A stretch of DNA of 64,000 nucleotides from Balanoglossus misakiensis (Eukaryota; Animalia; Hemichordata): NCBI GenBank assembly GCA_040954595.2, contig CM082580.2, positions 734,783 through 798,782 on the forward strand. The letters run 5' to 3'. The notes beneath the pieces were generated by a model, which was not told the origin of the DNA, did not search any database, and was given only the letters and a program-made list of their open reading frames with translations. Shown here one piece after another: positions 10,601 to 23,310 of the stretch. The stretch's first letter is position 1; the number at the start of each line of letters is the position of its first letter. The position numbers and the translations under genes are program-made.

Positions 10601-13600
10601 TTCACCCATGATTTTTATTCAAAAATGGACGAAATTTTGAGATTTTGCAAAGACGAAAATTTGTCATTTTTTGATGATTTACACCCATGATTTTTTTTTA
10701 AAAATCGACGAAATTTTGAGATTTTGCAAAGTCGAAAATTTGTCATTTTTTGATGATTTTCACCCATGTTTTTTTTTTAAATCGACGAACCTATGATTTT
10801 TTTCAAAATCGACGAAATTTTGAGATTTTGCAAAGTCGAAAATATTCTCATTTTTTGATGATTTTCCCCCATGTTTTTTTTTTAAAATGGACGAAATTTT
10901 GAGATTTTGCAAAGTCGAAAATTTGTCATTTTTTGATGATTTTCACCCATGATTTTTTTCAAAAATCGACGAAATGTTGAGATTTTGCAAAGTCGAAAAT
11001 TTGTAATTTTTTGATGATTTTCACCCATGATTTTTTTTCAAAAATCGACGAAATTGTGAGATTTTGCAAAGTCGATAATTTTGTCATTTTTTGATGATTT
11101 TCAACCATATTATTTTTCAAAAACCGACGAAATTTTGAGATTTTGCAAAGACGAAAATTTGTCATTTTTTGATGATTTTCACCCATGATTTTTTTCAAAA
11201 ATCGACGAAATGTTGAGTTTTTGCAAAGTCGAAAATTTGTAATTTTTTGATGATTTTCACCCATGATTTTTTTCAAAAATCGACGAAATTGTGAGATTTT
11301 GCAAAGTCGAAAATTTGTCATTTTTTGATGATTTTCACCCATGATTTTTTTCAAAAATCGACGAAATGTTGAGATTTTGCAAAGTCGAAAATTTGTAATT
11401 TTTTGATGATTTTCACCCATGATTTTTTTCAAAAATCGACGAAATTGTGAGATTGTGCAAAGTCGATAATTTGTCATTTTTTGATGATTTTCCCCCAATG
11501 GTTTTTTTTCAAAATCGACGAAATTTTGAGATTTTGCAAAGTCGAAAATTTGTCATTTTTTGATGATTTTCCCCCATGTTTTTTTTTTAAAATGGACGAA
11601 ATTTTGAGATTTTGCAAAGTCGAAAATTTGTCATTTTTTGATGATTTTCACCCATGATTTTTTTCAAAAATCGACGAAATTGTGAGATTTTGCAAAGTCA
11701 AAAATTTGTCATTTTTTGATGATTTTCACCCATGTTTTTTTTTAAAAAAAAACGACGAACCTATGATTTTTTTCAAAATCGACGAAATTTTGAGATTTTG
11801 CAAAGTCGAAAATTTGTCATTTTTTGATGATTTTCACCCATGATTTTTTTCAAAAATCGACGAAATGTTGAGATTTTGCAAAGTCGAAAATTTGTCATTT
11901 TTTGATGATTTTCACCCATGATTTTTTTCAAAAATCGACGAAATGTTGAGATTTTGCAAAGTCGAAAATTTGTCATTTTTTGATGATTTTCTCCCATGAT
12001 TTTTTTCAAAAATCGACGAAATTGTGAGATTTTGCAAAGTCGAAAATTTGTCATTTTTTGATGATTTTCACCCATGTTTTTTTTTTTTAAATCGACGAAC
12101 CTATGATTTTTTTCAAAATCGACGAAATTTTGAGATTTTGCAAAGTCGAAAATTTGTTATTTTTTGATGATTTTCTCCCATGATTTTTTTCAAAAATCGA
12201 CAAAATTGTGAGATTTTGCAAAGTCGAAAATTTGTCATTTTTTGATGATTTTCACCCATGTTTTTTTTTAAAAAAAACGACGAACCTATGATTTTTTTCA
12301 AAATCGACGAAATTTTGAGATTTTGCAAAGTCGAAAATTTGTCATTTTTTGATGATTTTCACCCATGATTTTTTTCAAAAATCGACGAAATGTTGAGATT
12401 TTGCAAAGTCGATAATTTTGTCATTTTTTGATGATTTTCAACCATATTATTTGTCAAAAACCGACGAAATTTTGAGATTTTGCATAGACGAAAATTTGTC
12501 ATTTTTTGATGATTTTCACCCATGATTTTTTCAAAAATTGACGAAATTTTGAGATTTTGCAAAGTCGAAAATTTGTCATTTTTTGATGATTTTCCCCCAA
12601 TGGTTTTTTTCAAAATCGACGAAATTTTGAGATTTTGCAAAGTCGAAAATTTGTCATTTTTTGATGATTTTCCCCCATGTTTTTTTTTTAAAATGGACGA
12701 AATTTTGAGATTTTGCAAAGTCGAAAATTTGTCATTTTTTGATGATTTTCACCCATGATTTTTTTCAAAAATCGACGAAATTGTGAGATTTTGCAAAGTC
12801 AAAAATTTGTCATTTTTTGATGATTTTCACCCATGTTTTTTTTTAAAAAAAACGACGAACCTATGATTTTTTTCAAAATCGACGAAATTTTGAGATTTTG
12901 CAAAGTCGAAAATTTGTCATTTTTTGATGATTTTCACCCATGATTTTTTTCAAAAATCGACGAAATGTTGAGATTTTGCAAAGTCGAAAATTTGTCATTT
13001 TTTGATGATTTTCACCCATGATTTTTTTCAAAAATCGACGAAATGTTGAGATTTTGCAAAGTCGAAAATTTGTCATTTTTTGATGATTTTCTCCCATGAT
13101 TTTTTTCAAAAATCGACGAAATTGTGAGATTTTGCAAAGTCGAAAATTTGTCATTTTTTGATGATTTTCACCCATGTTTTTTTTTTTTAAATCGACGAAC
13201 CTATGATTTTTTTCAAAATCGACGAAATTTTGAGATTTTGCAAAGTCGAAAATTTGTCATTTTTTGATGATTTTCACCCATGATTTTTTTCAAAAATCGA
13301 CGAAATGTTGAGATTTTGCAAAGTCGATAATTTTGTCATTTTTTGATGATTTTCAACCATATTATTTTTCAAAAACCGACGAAATTTTGAGATTTTGCAT
13401 AGACGAAAATTTGTCATTTTTTGATGATTTTCACCCATGATTTTTTCAAAAATTGACGAAATTTTGAGATTTTGCAAAGTCGAAAATTTGTCATTTTTTG
13501 ATGATTTTCACCCAATGGTTTTTTTCAAAATCGACGAAATTTTGAGATTTTGCAAAGTCGATAATTTGTCATTTTTTGATGATTATCACCCATGATTTTT

Positions 13601-16600
13601 TTCAAAAATCGACGAAATTTTTAGATTTTGCAAAGTCGAAAATGTGTCATTTTTTGATGATTTTCACCCATGATTTTTATTCAAAAATGGACGAAATTTT
13701 GAGATTTTGCAAAGACGAAAATTTGTCATTTTTTGATGATTTTCAACCATGATTTTTTTTCAAAAATCGATGAAATGTTGAGATTTTGCAAAGTCGAAAA
13801 TTTGTCATTTTTTGATGATTTTCACCCATGATTTTTTTCAAAAATCGACGAAATTTTGAGATTTTGCAAAGTCGAAAATTTGTCATTTTTTGATGATTTT
13901 CACCCATGATTTTTTTCAAAAATTGACGAAATTTTGAGATTTTGCAAAGTCGAAAATTTGTCATTTTTTGATGATTTTCACCCATGATTTTTTTAAAAAA
14001 TCGACGAAATGTTGAGATTTTGCAAAGTCGAAAATTTGTCATTTTTTGATGATTTTCACCCATGTTTTTTTTTTAAATCGACGAACCTATGATTTTTTTC
14101 AAAATCGACGAAATTTTGAGATTTTGCAAAGTCGAAAATTTTCTCATTTTTTGATGATTTTCCCCCATGTTTTTTTTTTAAAATGGACGAAATTTTGAGA
14201 TTTTGCAAAGTCGAAAATTTGTCATTTTTTGATGATTTTCACCCATGATTTTTTTCAAAAATCGACGAAATGTTGAGATTTTGCAAAGTCGAAAAGTTGT
14301 CATTTTTTGATGATTTTCACCCATATTATTTTTCAAAAACCGACGAAATTTTGAGATTTAGCAAAGACGAAAATTTGTCATTTTTTGATGATTTTTACCC
14401 CTGATTTTTTCAAAAATTGACGAAATTTTGAGATTTTGCGAAGTCGAAAATTTGTCATTTTTTGATGATTTTCACCCATGATTTTTTTCAAAAATCGACG
14501 AAATTTTGAGATTTTGCAAAGTCGAAAATTTGTCATTTTTTGATGATTTTCACCCATGTTTTTTTTTAGAAATCGACGAACCTATGATTTTTTTCAAAAT
14601 CGACGAAATTTTGTGATTTTACAAAGTCGAAAATTTTGTCATTTTTTGATGATTTTCAACCATGATTTTTTTCAAAAATCGACGAAATTTTTAGATTTTG
14701 CAAAGTCGAAAATGTGTCATTTTTTGATGATTTTCACCCATGATTTTTATTCAAAAATGGACGAAATTTTGAGATTTTGCAAAGACGAAAATTTGTCATT
14801 TTTTGATGATTTACACCCATGATTTTTTTTCAAAAATCGACGAAATTTTGAGATTTTGCAAAGTCGAAAATTTGTCATTTTTTGATGATTTTCACCCATG
14901 TTTTTTTTTTAAATCGACGAACCTATGATTTTTTTCAAAATCGACGAAATTTTGAGATTTTGCAAAGTCGAAAATTTTCTCATTTTTTGATGATTTTCCC
15001 CCATGTTTTTTTTTTAAAATGGACGAAATTTTGAGATTTTGCAAAGTCGAAAATTTGTCATTTTTTGATGATTTTCACCCATGATTTTTTTCAAAAATCG
15101 ACGAAATGTTGAGATTTTGCAAAGTCGAAAATTTGTAATTTTTTGATGATTTTCACCCATGATTTTTTTTCAAAAATCGACGAAATTGTGAGATTTTGCA
15201 AAGTCGATAATTTTGTCATTTTTTGATGATTTTCAACCATATTATTTTTCAAAAACCGACGAAATTTTGAGATTTTGCAAAGACGAAAATTTGTCATTTT
15301 TTGATGATTTTCACCCATGATTTTTTCAAAAATTGACGAAATGTTGAGATTTTGCAAAGTCGAAAATTTGTAATTTTTTGATGATTTTCACCCATGATTT
15401 TTTTCAAAAATCGACGAAATTGTGAGATTTTGCAAAGTCGAAAATTTGTCATTTTTTGATGATTTTCACCCATGATTTTTTTCAAAAATCGACGAAATGT
15501 TGAGATTTTGCAAAGTCGAAAATTTGTCATTTTTTGATGATTTTCTCCCATGATTTTTTTCAAAAATCGACGAAATTGTGAGATTTTGCAAAGTCGAAAA
15601 TTTGTCATTTTTTGATGATTTTCACCCATGTTTTTTTTTTTAAATCGACGAACCTATGATTTTTTTCAAAATCGACGAAATTTTGAGATTTTGCAAAGTC
15701 GAAAATTTTCTCATTTTTTGATGATTTTCCCCCATGTTTTTTTTTTAAAATGGACGAAATTTTGAGATTTTGCAAAGTCGAAAATTTGTCATTTTTTGAT
15801 GATTTTCACCCATGATTTTTTTCAAAAATCGACGAAATGTTGAGATTTTGCAAAGTCGAAAATTTGTCATTTTTTGATGATTTTCACCCATATTATTTTT
15901 CAAAAACCGACGAAATTTTGAGATTTAGCAAAGACGAAAATTTGTCATTTTTTGATGATTTTTACCCCTGATTTTTTCAAAAATTGACGAAATTTTGAGA
16001 TTTTGCGAAGTCGAAAATTTGTCATTTTTTGATGATTTTCACCCACGATTTTTTTCAAAAATCGACGAAATTTTGAGATTTTGCAAAGTCGAAAATTTGT
16101 CATTTTTTGATGATTTTCACCCATGTTTTTTTTTAGAAATCGACGAACCTATGATTTTTTTCAAAATCGACGAAATTTTGTGATTTTACAAAGTCGAAAA
16201 TTTTGTCATTTTTTGATGATTTTCAACCATGATTTTTTTCAAAAATCGACGAAATTTTTAGATTTTGCAAAGTCGAAAATGTGTCATTTTTTGATGATTT
16301 TCACCCATGATTTTTATTCAAAAATGGACGAAATTTTGAGATTTTGCAAAGACGAAAATTTGTCATTTTTTGATGATTTACACCCATGATTTTTTTTTAA
16401 AAATCGACGAAATTTTGAGATTTTGCAAAGTCGAAAATTTGTCATTTTTTGATGATTTTCACCCATGATTTTTTTCAAAAATCGACGAAATTGTGAGATT
16501 TTGCAAAGTCGAAAATTTGTCATTTTTTGATGATTTTCACCCATGTTTTTTTTTTAAATCGACGAACCTATGATTTTTTTCAAAATCGACGAAATTTTGA

Positions 16601-19337
16601 GATTTTGCAAATTCGAAAATTTGTAATTTTTTGATGATTTTCACCCATGTTTTTTTTTCAAAAATCAACGAACCCATGATTTTTTTTCAAAAATCTACGA
16701 AATTTTGAGATTTTGCAAAGTCGAAAATTTGTCATTTTTTGATGATTTTCACCCATGATTTTTTTCAAAAATCGACAAAATTTTTAGATTTTGCAAAGTC
16801 GAAAATTTGTATTTTTTTGATGATTTTTACCCATGATTTTTTTTTTCAAAAATCGACGAAATTTTGAGATTTTGCAAAGACGAAAATTTGTAATTTTTTG
16901 ATGATTTTCACCCATGTTTTTTTTTCAAAAATCAACGAACCCATGATTTTTTTTCAAAAATCGACAATATTTTGAGATTTTGCAAAGTTGAACATTTGTC
17001 ATTTGTTGATGATTTTCACCCATGTTTTTTTTTTCAAAAATGGACGAACCCATGTTTTTTTTTTTCAAAAATCGACGAATTTTTGAAAATTTTGTTAAGT
17101 CGAAAATTTGTAATTTTTTTGATGATTTCCCCCCCCACGATTTTTTTTTTCAAAAATCGACGAAATTTTGAGATTTTGCAAAGTTGAACATTTGTCATTT
17201 GTTGATGATTTTCACCCATGTTTTTTTTTTCAAAAATGGACGAACCCATGTTTTTTTTTTAAAATCGACGAATTTTTCAAAATTTTGCAAAGTCGAAAAT
17301 TTGTCATTTTTTGATGATTTTCACCCATGATTTTTTTCAAAAATCGACGAAATTGTGAGATTTTGCAAAGTCGAAAATTTGTCATTTTTTGATGATTTTC
17401 ACCCATGTTTTTTTTTTAAATCGACGAACCTATGATTTTTTTCAAAATCGACGAAATTTTGAGATTTTGCAAATTCGAAAATTTGTAATTTTTTGATGAT
17501 TTTCACCCATGTTTTTTTTTCAAAAATCAACGAACCCATGATTTTTTTTCAAAAATCTACGAAATTTTGAGATTTTGCAAAGTCGAAAATTTGTCATTTT
17601 TTGATGATTTTCACCCATGATTTTTTCAAAAATCGACAAAATTTTTAGATTTTGCAAAGTCGAAAATTTGTATTTTTTTGATGATTTTTACCCAAGATTT
17701 TTTTTTTCAAAAATCGACGAAATTTTGAGATTTTGCAAAGACGAAAATTTGTAATTTTTTGATGATTTTCACCCATGTTTTTTTTTCAAAAATCAACGAA
17801 CCCATGATTTTTTTTCAAAAATCGACAATATTTTGAGATTTTGCAAAGTTGAACATTTGTCATTTGTTGATGATTTTCACCCATGTTTTTTTTTTCAAAA
17901 ATGGACGAACCCATGTTTTTTTTTTTCAAAAATCGACGAATTTTTGAAAATTTTGTTAAGTCGAAAATTTGTAATTTTTTTGATGATTTCCCCCCCCCCA
18001 CGATTTTTTTTTTCAAAAATCGACGAAATTTTGAGATTTTGCAAAGTTGAACATTTGTCATTTGTTGATGATTTTCACCCATGTTTTTTTTTTCAAAAAT
18101 GGACGAACCCATGTTTTTTTTTTAAAATCGACGAATTTTTCAAAATTTTGCAAAGTCGAAAATTTGTCATTTTTTTGATGATTTCCCCCCCCCACGATTT
18201 TTTTTTCAAAAATTGACGAAATTTTGAGATTTTGCAAAGTCGAAAATTTGTCATTTTTTGATGATTTTTACCCATGATTTTTTTTCAAAAATTGACGAAA
18301 TTTTAAGATTTTGCTGTCGAAAATCTGTCTTTTTTTGACGATTTTACCCATGATTTTTTTCAGAAATCGACGAAATTTTGAGATTTTGCAAAGTCGAAAC
18401 TTTGTCTTTTTTGATGATTTTCACTCATTATTTTTTTCAAAAATCGACGAAATTTTCAGTTTTTGCAAAGTCGAAAATTTGTCATTTTTTGAAGATTTTC
18501 ACCCATGTTTTTTTTCAAAAATCGACGAACCCATGATTTTTTTCAAAATCGACGAAATTTTGAGATTTTGCAAAGTCGAAAATTTGTCATTTGTTGATGA
18601 TTTTCATCAGCTATAACCCATTTTTTTTTCAAAAATCGACGAATTTTTGAAAATTTTGCAAAGTCGAAAATTTGTCATTTTTTGATGATTTTCACCCATG
18701 ATTTTTTTCAAAAATCGACGAAATTTTGAGATTTTGCAAAGTCGAACATTTTTCATTTATTGATGATTTTTACCCATGATTTTTTTTCAAAAATTGACGA
18801 AATTTTAAGATTGTGCAGTCGAAAATTTGTCATTTTTTGATGATTTTCACCCATTTTTTTTCAAAAATCGACGAAATTTTGAGTTTTTGCAAAGTCGAAA
18901 ATTTGTCATTTTTTGAAGATTTTCACCCATGTTTTTTTTTTAAATCGACGGACTTTTGAGATTTTGCAAAGTCGAAAATTTGTCATTTTTTGATGATTTT
19001 CACCCATGTTTTTTTTTCGACGAACCCATGTTTTTTTTTCCAAAATCGACGATATTTTGAGATTTTGCAAAGTCGAAAATTTGTCATTTTTTTATGATTT
19101 CCCCCCCCCCCCCACGATTTTTTTTTTCAAAAATCGACGAAAATCTCGAAGTTCTTGCAAAGTCGAAAATTTGTCATTTTTTGATGATTTTCACCCATGA
19201 TTTTTTTTAAAAATCGACGAACCCATACTTTTTTCAAAATCGACAAAATTTTGAGATTTTGCAGTCGAAAATTTGTCATTTTTCGATGATTTTCATCCAT
19301 GTTTTTTTTCAAAAATCGACGAAATTTTGAGATTTTG
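4615..19337 (+). repeat. 78-bp satellite array, orientation 1, with higher-order repeats
   Basis: Consensus about ATGATTTTTTTCAAAAATCGACGAAATTTTGAGATTTTGCAAAGTCGAAAATTTGTCATTTTTTGATGATTTTCACCC. The 26-aa periodicity of the spurious ORFs equals 78 bp. Some units carry an extra ~30-bp partial duplication (AAATCGACGAACCTATGATTTTTTTC). Confidence 0.98.
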
Positions 19338-20163
19338 CAAAATCTCAATATTTCGTCGATTTTGAAAAAAATCATGGGTTCTTGCAAAATCTCAAAATTT
19401 CGTCGATTTTGAAAAAAATCATGGGTTCGTTGAATTTTGAAAAAAAAAACATGGATGAAAATCATCAAAAAATGACAAATTTTCGACTTTGCAAAATCTC
19501 AAAATTTCGTCGAATTTGAAAAAAATCATGGGTTCTTGCAAAATCTCAAAATTTCGTCGATTTTGAAAACAATCATGGGTTCGTTGAATTGTGAAAAAAA
19601 ACATGGATGAAAATCATCAAAAAATGACAAATTTTCGACTTTGCAAAATCTCAAAATTTCGTCGATTTTGAAAAAAAATTATGGGTTCGTCGATTTTTGA
19701 AAAAAAAAAATGGGTGAAAATCATCAAAATGACCAATGTTCGACTTTGCAAATCTCAAAATTTCGTCGATTTTTGAAATAAAAAATCATGGGCTATAGCT
19801 CATGAAAATCATCAACAAATGTCAAATTTTCAACTTTGCGAAATCTCAAAATATCGTCGATTTTTGAAAAAAAAACATGGGTTCGTCGATTTTGAAAAAA
19901 AAATCATGGGCTATAGCTCATGAAAATCATCAACAAATGTCAAATTTTCAACTTTGCGAAATCTCAAAATTTCGTCGATTTTGAAAAAAATTATGGGTTC
20001 GTCGATTTTTGAAAAAAATCATGGGTGAAAATCATCAAAAAATGACAAATTTTCGACTGCAAAATCTCAAAATTTCGTCGATTTCGAAAAAAATCATGGG
20101 TTCGTCGATTTTTGAAAAAAAAAACATGGGTGAAAATCATCAAAAAATTACAAATTTTCGACT
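19338..20163 (-). repeat. 78-bp satellite, inverted orientation, more diverged
   Basis: Reverse-complement monomers (CATGGGTGAAAATCATCAAAAAATGACAAATTTTCGACTTTGCAAAATCTC) begin at the palindromic junction. Confidence 0.95.
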
Positions 20164-23100
20164 TAGTGTTGTATGATGTGTATTCCCGTAGGATTTTTGT
20201 GCTAAAATTGATTTTTTTGCTGTTTTGGCTTCTACGGGGACCCAACTACCCGAAAATGATGGGGTGCAATTTTAAGGGCCCCTCCATCATATTTTTCTGG
20301 GGGGGGGGGGTACTTCCGTTTTGTGGTATGATGTGTATTCCCGTAGGATTTTTCTGCTAAAATTGATTTTTTTTGCTGTTTGGCTTCAATGGGGACCCAA
20401 CTACCCAAAAATCATGGGGTGCAATTTTTAGGGCCCCTCCATCAATTTTTTTCGGGGGGTCTCTTCTGTTTTGGTCACTCGAGGATATTTGTTCACCTAT
20501 TTACTCTATCATCATGGGAATTTGGGCTACAATTAATTTGTTTTTGTTGTGTTTGCTTTGGAGGAGACCAACCTGGCCAAAAATAATCGGGTGCAAATTA
20601 TAGGGCCCCTCCATCATTTTTTATTTGGGGGGGGGGCACTTCCATTTTGGCCACTCCGAAGTTGTTTGTTGGCCTATTTACTCCCTTCTCATAGAATATT
20701 TTGCTAAAAATATTATTTTTCTTTGATGTTTTGGTTTCAATGGGGCTCCACCAGAACTAAAATGATGGGGTTCAAATTTTTGGAACCTTCCATCATGTCT
20801 TGGGGGGGGGGAGGGTAATCATTTCTGTTTTGGCCACCCTGAAGATACTTATTCACCTATTTACTATACGGTTAGTATTGTCGTGGTATTTCTTGCAATT
20901 TGGTTTGCTCCTTTGGCTTGAATGCAGACTGACTGCCGAAAAGTGATGGTGTGCAAAATGTTGGACCCCTTTACCACATTTTTTGGTGGGGGGGGGGGGT
21001 TCTCTATATTTGTTTTCGCCAACCCGTTGTAACAGTAGTTTTTTTTTATCTTAGATTTTTTCGTTTATTCTAAATTTAGTATACTAAGGTAAATTAAAAC
21101 TCCTTTATATATAATAAAGTACATAATGTGTATTTTAGTTTATTTTCCGAGCTACAGTCCCATCTCATAAAATGGACCCTTGAGGCACCCTCCCTACCAC
21201 GGACGGTGCAATAAACAACCCAAGAAGCATAACGATTCTTTTCTGATATCTTGGTATTATCAATCATCATTTTCACGAAACCCAGTTCTGTTTGATCTAC
21301 TCATCGCCAGTGTCGTTATCTTCAAGAACATTTCCCCCTGGTTTTCAGTCTCCACCATAGCATTTGCAGAGGGGAGTACATAGTAAATCATTCTTTGAGC
21401 AACTGCAACGTCCCCTACAACCTGCTTTGCAGCCACATTTGATAAGCTCTAGTACTGCCTTTGGTGCAGGGAGAGCAAGACATTTTACTGGATAAAACAC
21501 GCCATTCTCCGATTTCCACCCATTCTTTTTGATTGGGGGAAGTTCAGGACAATTTGTTGCGTATGATTTATCTCTCATTGTGATGAAGGGGTGGCACCCT
21601 TTTCACAGATCACGCAAATCTTATTTTTATCTACATATTAATTCTGTAGTTTATTGCAAAATGTCCTAATAGCTATCGAACTGGAACGTAAAACGCTGCT
21701 TACGGTGCTAAGAAAATAGCCAATATGTATTTAGTAATAAAACTGAGATGTAGTTCACAGACTTGTTTTATTTTCAGTAGTATTGAGCTACAAAATGAGC
21801 CAAATTTGATATTGTTAATGTTTACCAAAACAAGTTTTAGAAGTAAGACATAGTTCAAGGGCTTTTTACAGCACTATTTTGCTATTGGCATGAAAATTTT
21901 GAAAATACTACTTTAAAATAGACAATACTTCAACTGATATGGCTTTATTTACGACAGTATTTAACTTTGAAATGAGTTCAACTGAATATCGTTTTAATAC
22001 CCCAAAAAACAAGTGTTGATTAAAACGTACTTCAGAGTTTATGCACAGACTTATATCGATGAGAATTTTAGTACAATGGTAAATATCTCAGACATTGATT
22101 GTGCTACGAAAGAATAAACAACTCTTAACGAAAAAGTTACCAGAATCATATGCATATGATTCTGGTAACTCACGGCCCCTCGGGTGTAATAAACGGCTGC
22201 TATGGCCCTCATGGCCAGGCAATAGGTGTTCACTATTTGGTATAGCCTAGTATACTATATTTTTGTAAACCATAGAAAACATGAGTGTGGTGATGAGTTG
22301 GGTGGCGGTCCAAGGTGAGGGGAGGTATATTATGCTAAGTCCAAACCAGAGAGATATTTGTGGTTGATTTGTTAGTGTCAAAATTCAACTAAGTATATTT
22401 ATAAAAATAAGATAGCGCTGTAGTATATATGACAACTGATACAAATGTAGGTAACTGATATGTTTACCCATAAACCGTCTAATATTTAAGATTCCCAATA
22501 TGTGGAGAGGCCCTAAAATTTGACCTCATTTTTGAGCAGTTAGGTCCCCATAGAAGTTAAAAAAAAAGAAATTGGAAGAAATCCTTTACAAATACACATG
22601 TCACACTATGAACAAATATCTCCAGGGCTGCTAAAACTAAAGTGACCCCCCCCCCTGCAAGAAAATGTGATGGAGGGGTCCAACAAATTGATTTCCATCA
22701 TTTTGGGGATGTTTATTCATCATTGAAACCAAAACAGCAAACAAAACAAATAACTATTAGCAAAAACTCCTACGAGAATACACGGTATAGGTGAACAAAT
22801 ACCGTTAAGATTGTCGGAATGTAAGTGCCCCCCCCCCCACAAATGTAATAGAGGGGCCCTAAAATTTGCATGTGATCTTTTGTGACCAGGTGTCAAAACA
22901 GCAAAAAAAAAATTCTTTAGCAGAAAATTCTACGAAAATGGAGTAGATAGGTGAATAAATATCTTCGGGGAGGCCAAAACAGGAGTGACGACCCCCCCCC
23001 CCCCCGAAAAAATATGATGGAGGGGCCCTAAAAATTGCACCCCATCATTTTCGGGTAGTTGGGTCCCCATTGAAGCCAAAACAGCAAAAAAATCAATTTT

Positions 23101-23310
23101 AGCACAAAAATCCTACGGGAATACACATCATACCACAAAACGGAAGTACCCCCCCCCCCCCCCGAGAAAAATATGATGGAGGGGCCCTTAAAATTGCACC
23201 CCATCATTTTCGGGTAGTTGGGTCCCAATAGAAGCCAAAACAGCAAAAAAATCAATTTTAGCACAACAATCCTACGGGAGCTGTTTTTCATGACATACCA
23301 TACCGCACTA
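20164..23310 (-). mobile_element. Non-autonomous Academ(X)-like DNA transposon
   Basis: Ends TAGTG...CACTA; 3-bp TSD ACT (20161-20163 and 23311-23313); removing it restores the satellite monomer TTTTCGACT|GCAAAATCTC. About 0.8-kb inverted arms of tandem subrepeats and an internal Cys-rich transposase tail. Confidence 0.82.
21345..21578 (-). pseudogene. C-terminal Cys8/CXC zinc-finger fragment of an AcademX-type transposase
   Basis: LPPIKKNGW...PAPKAVLELIKCGCKAGCRGRCSCSKNDLLCTPLCKC; no upstream DDE or XPG coding sequence is visible. Confidence 0.75.

Noticed and set aside
4615-19337. CRISPR-like array
   Set aside because: Contiguous monomers with no unique spacers and no cas genes; eukaryotic context.
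20112-23291. Similar hydrophobic ORFs on opposite strands (20112+, 23028-)
   Set aside because: Translations of the inverted subterminal repeats of the Academ-like element.
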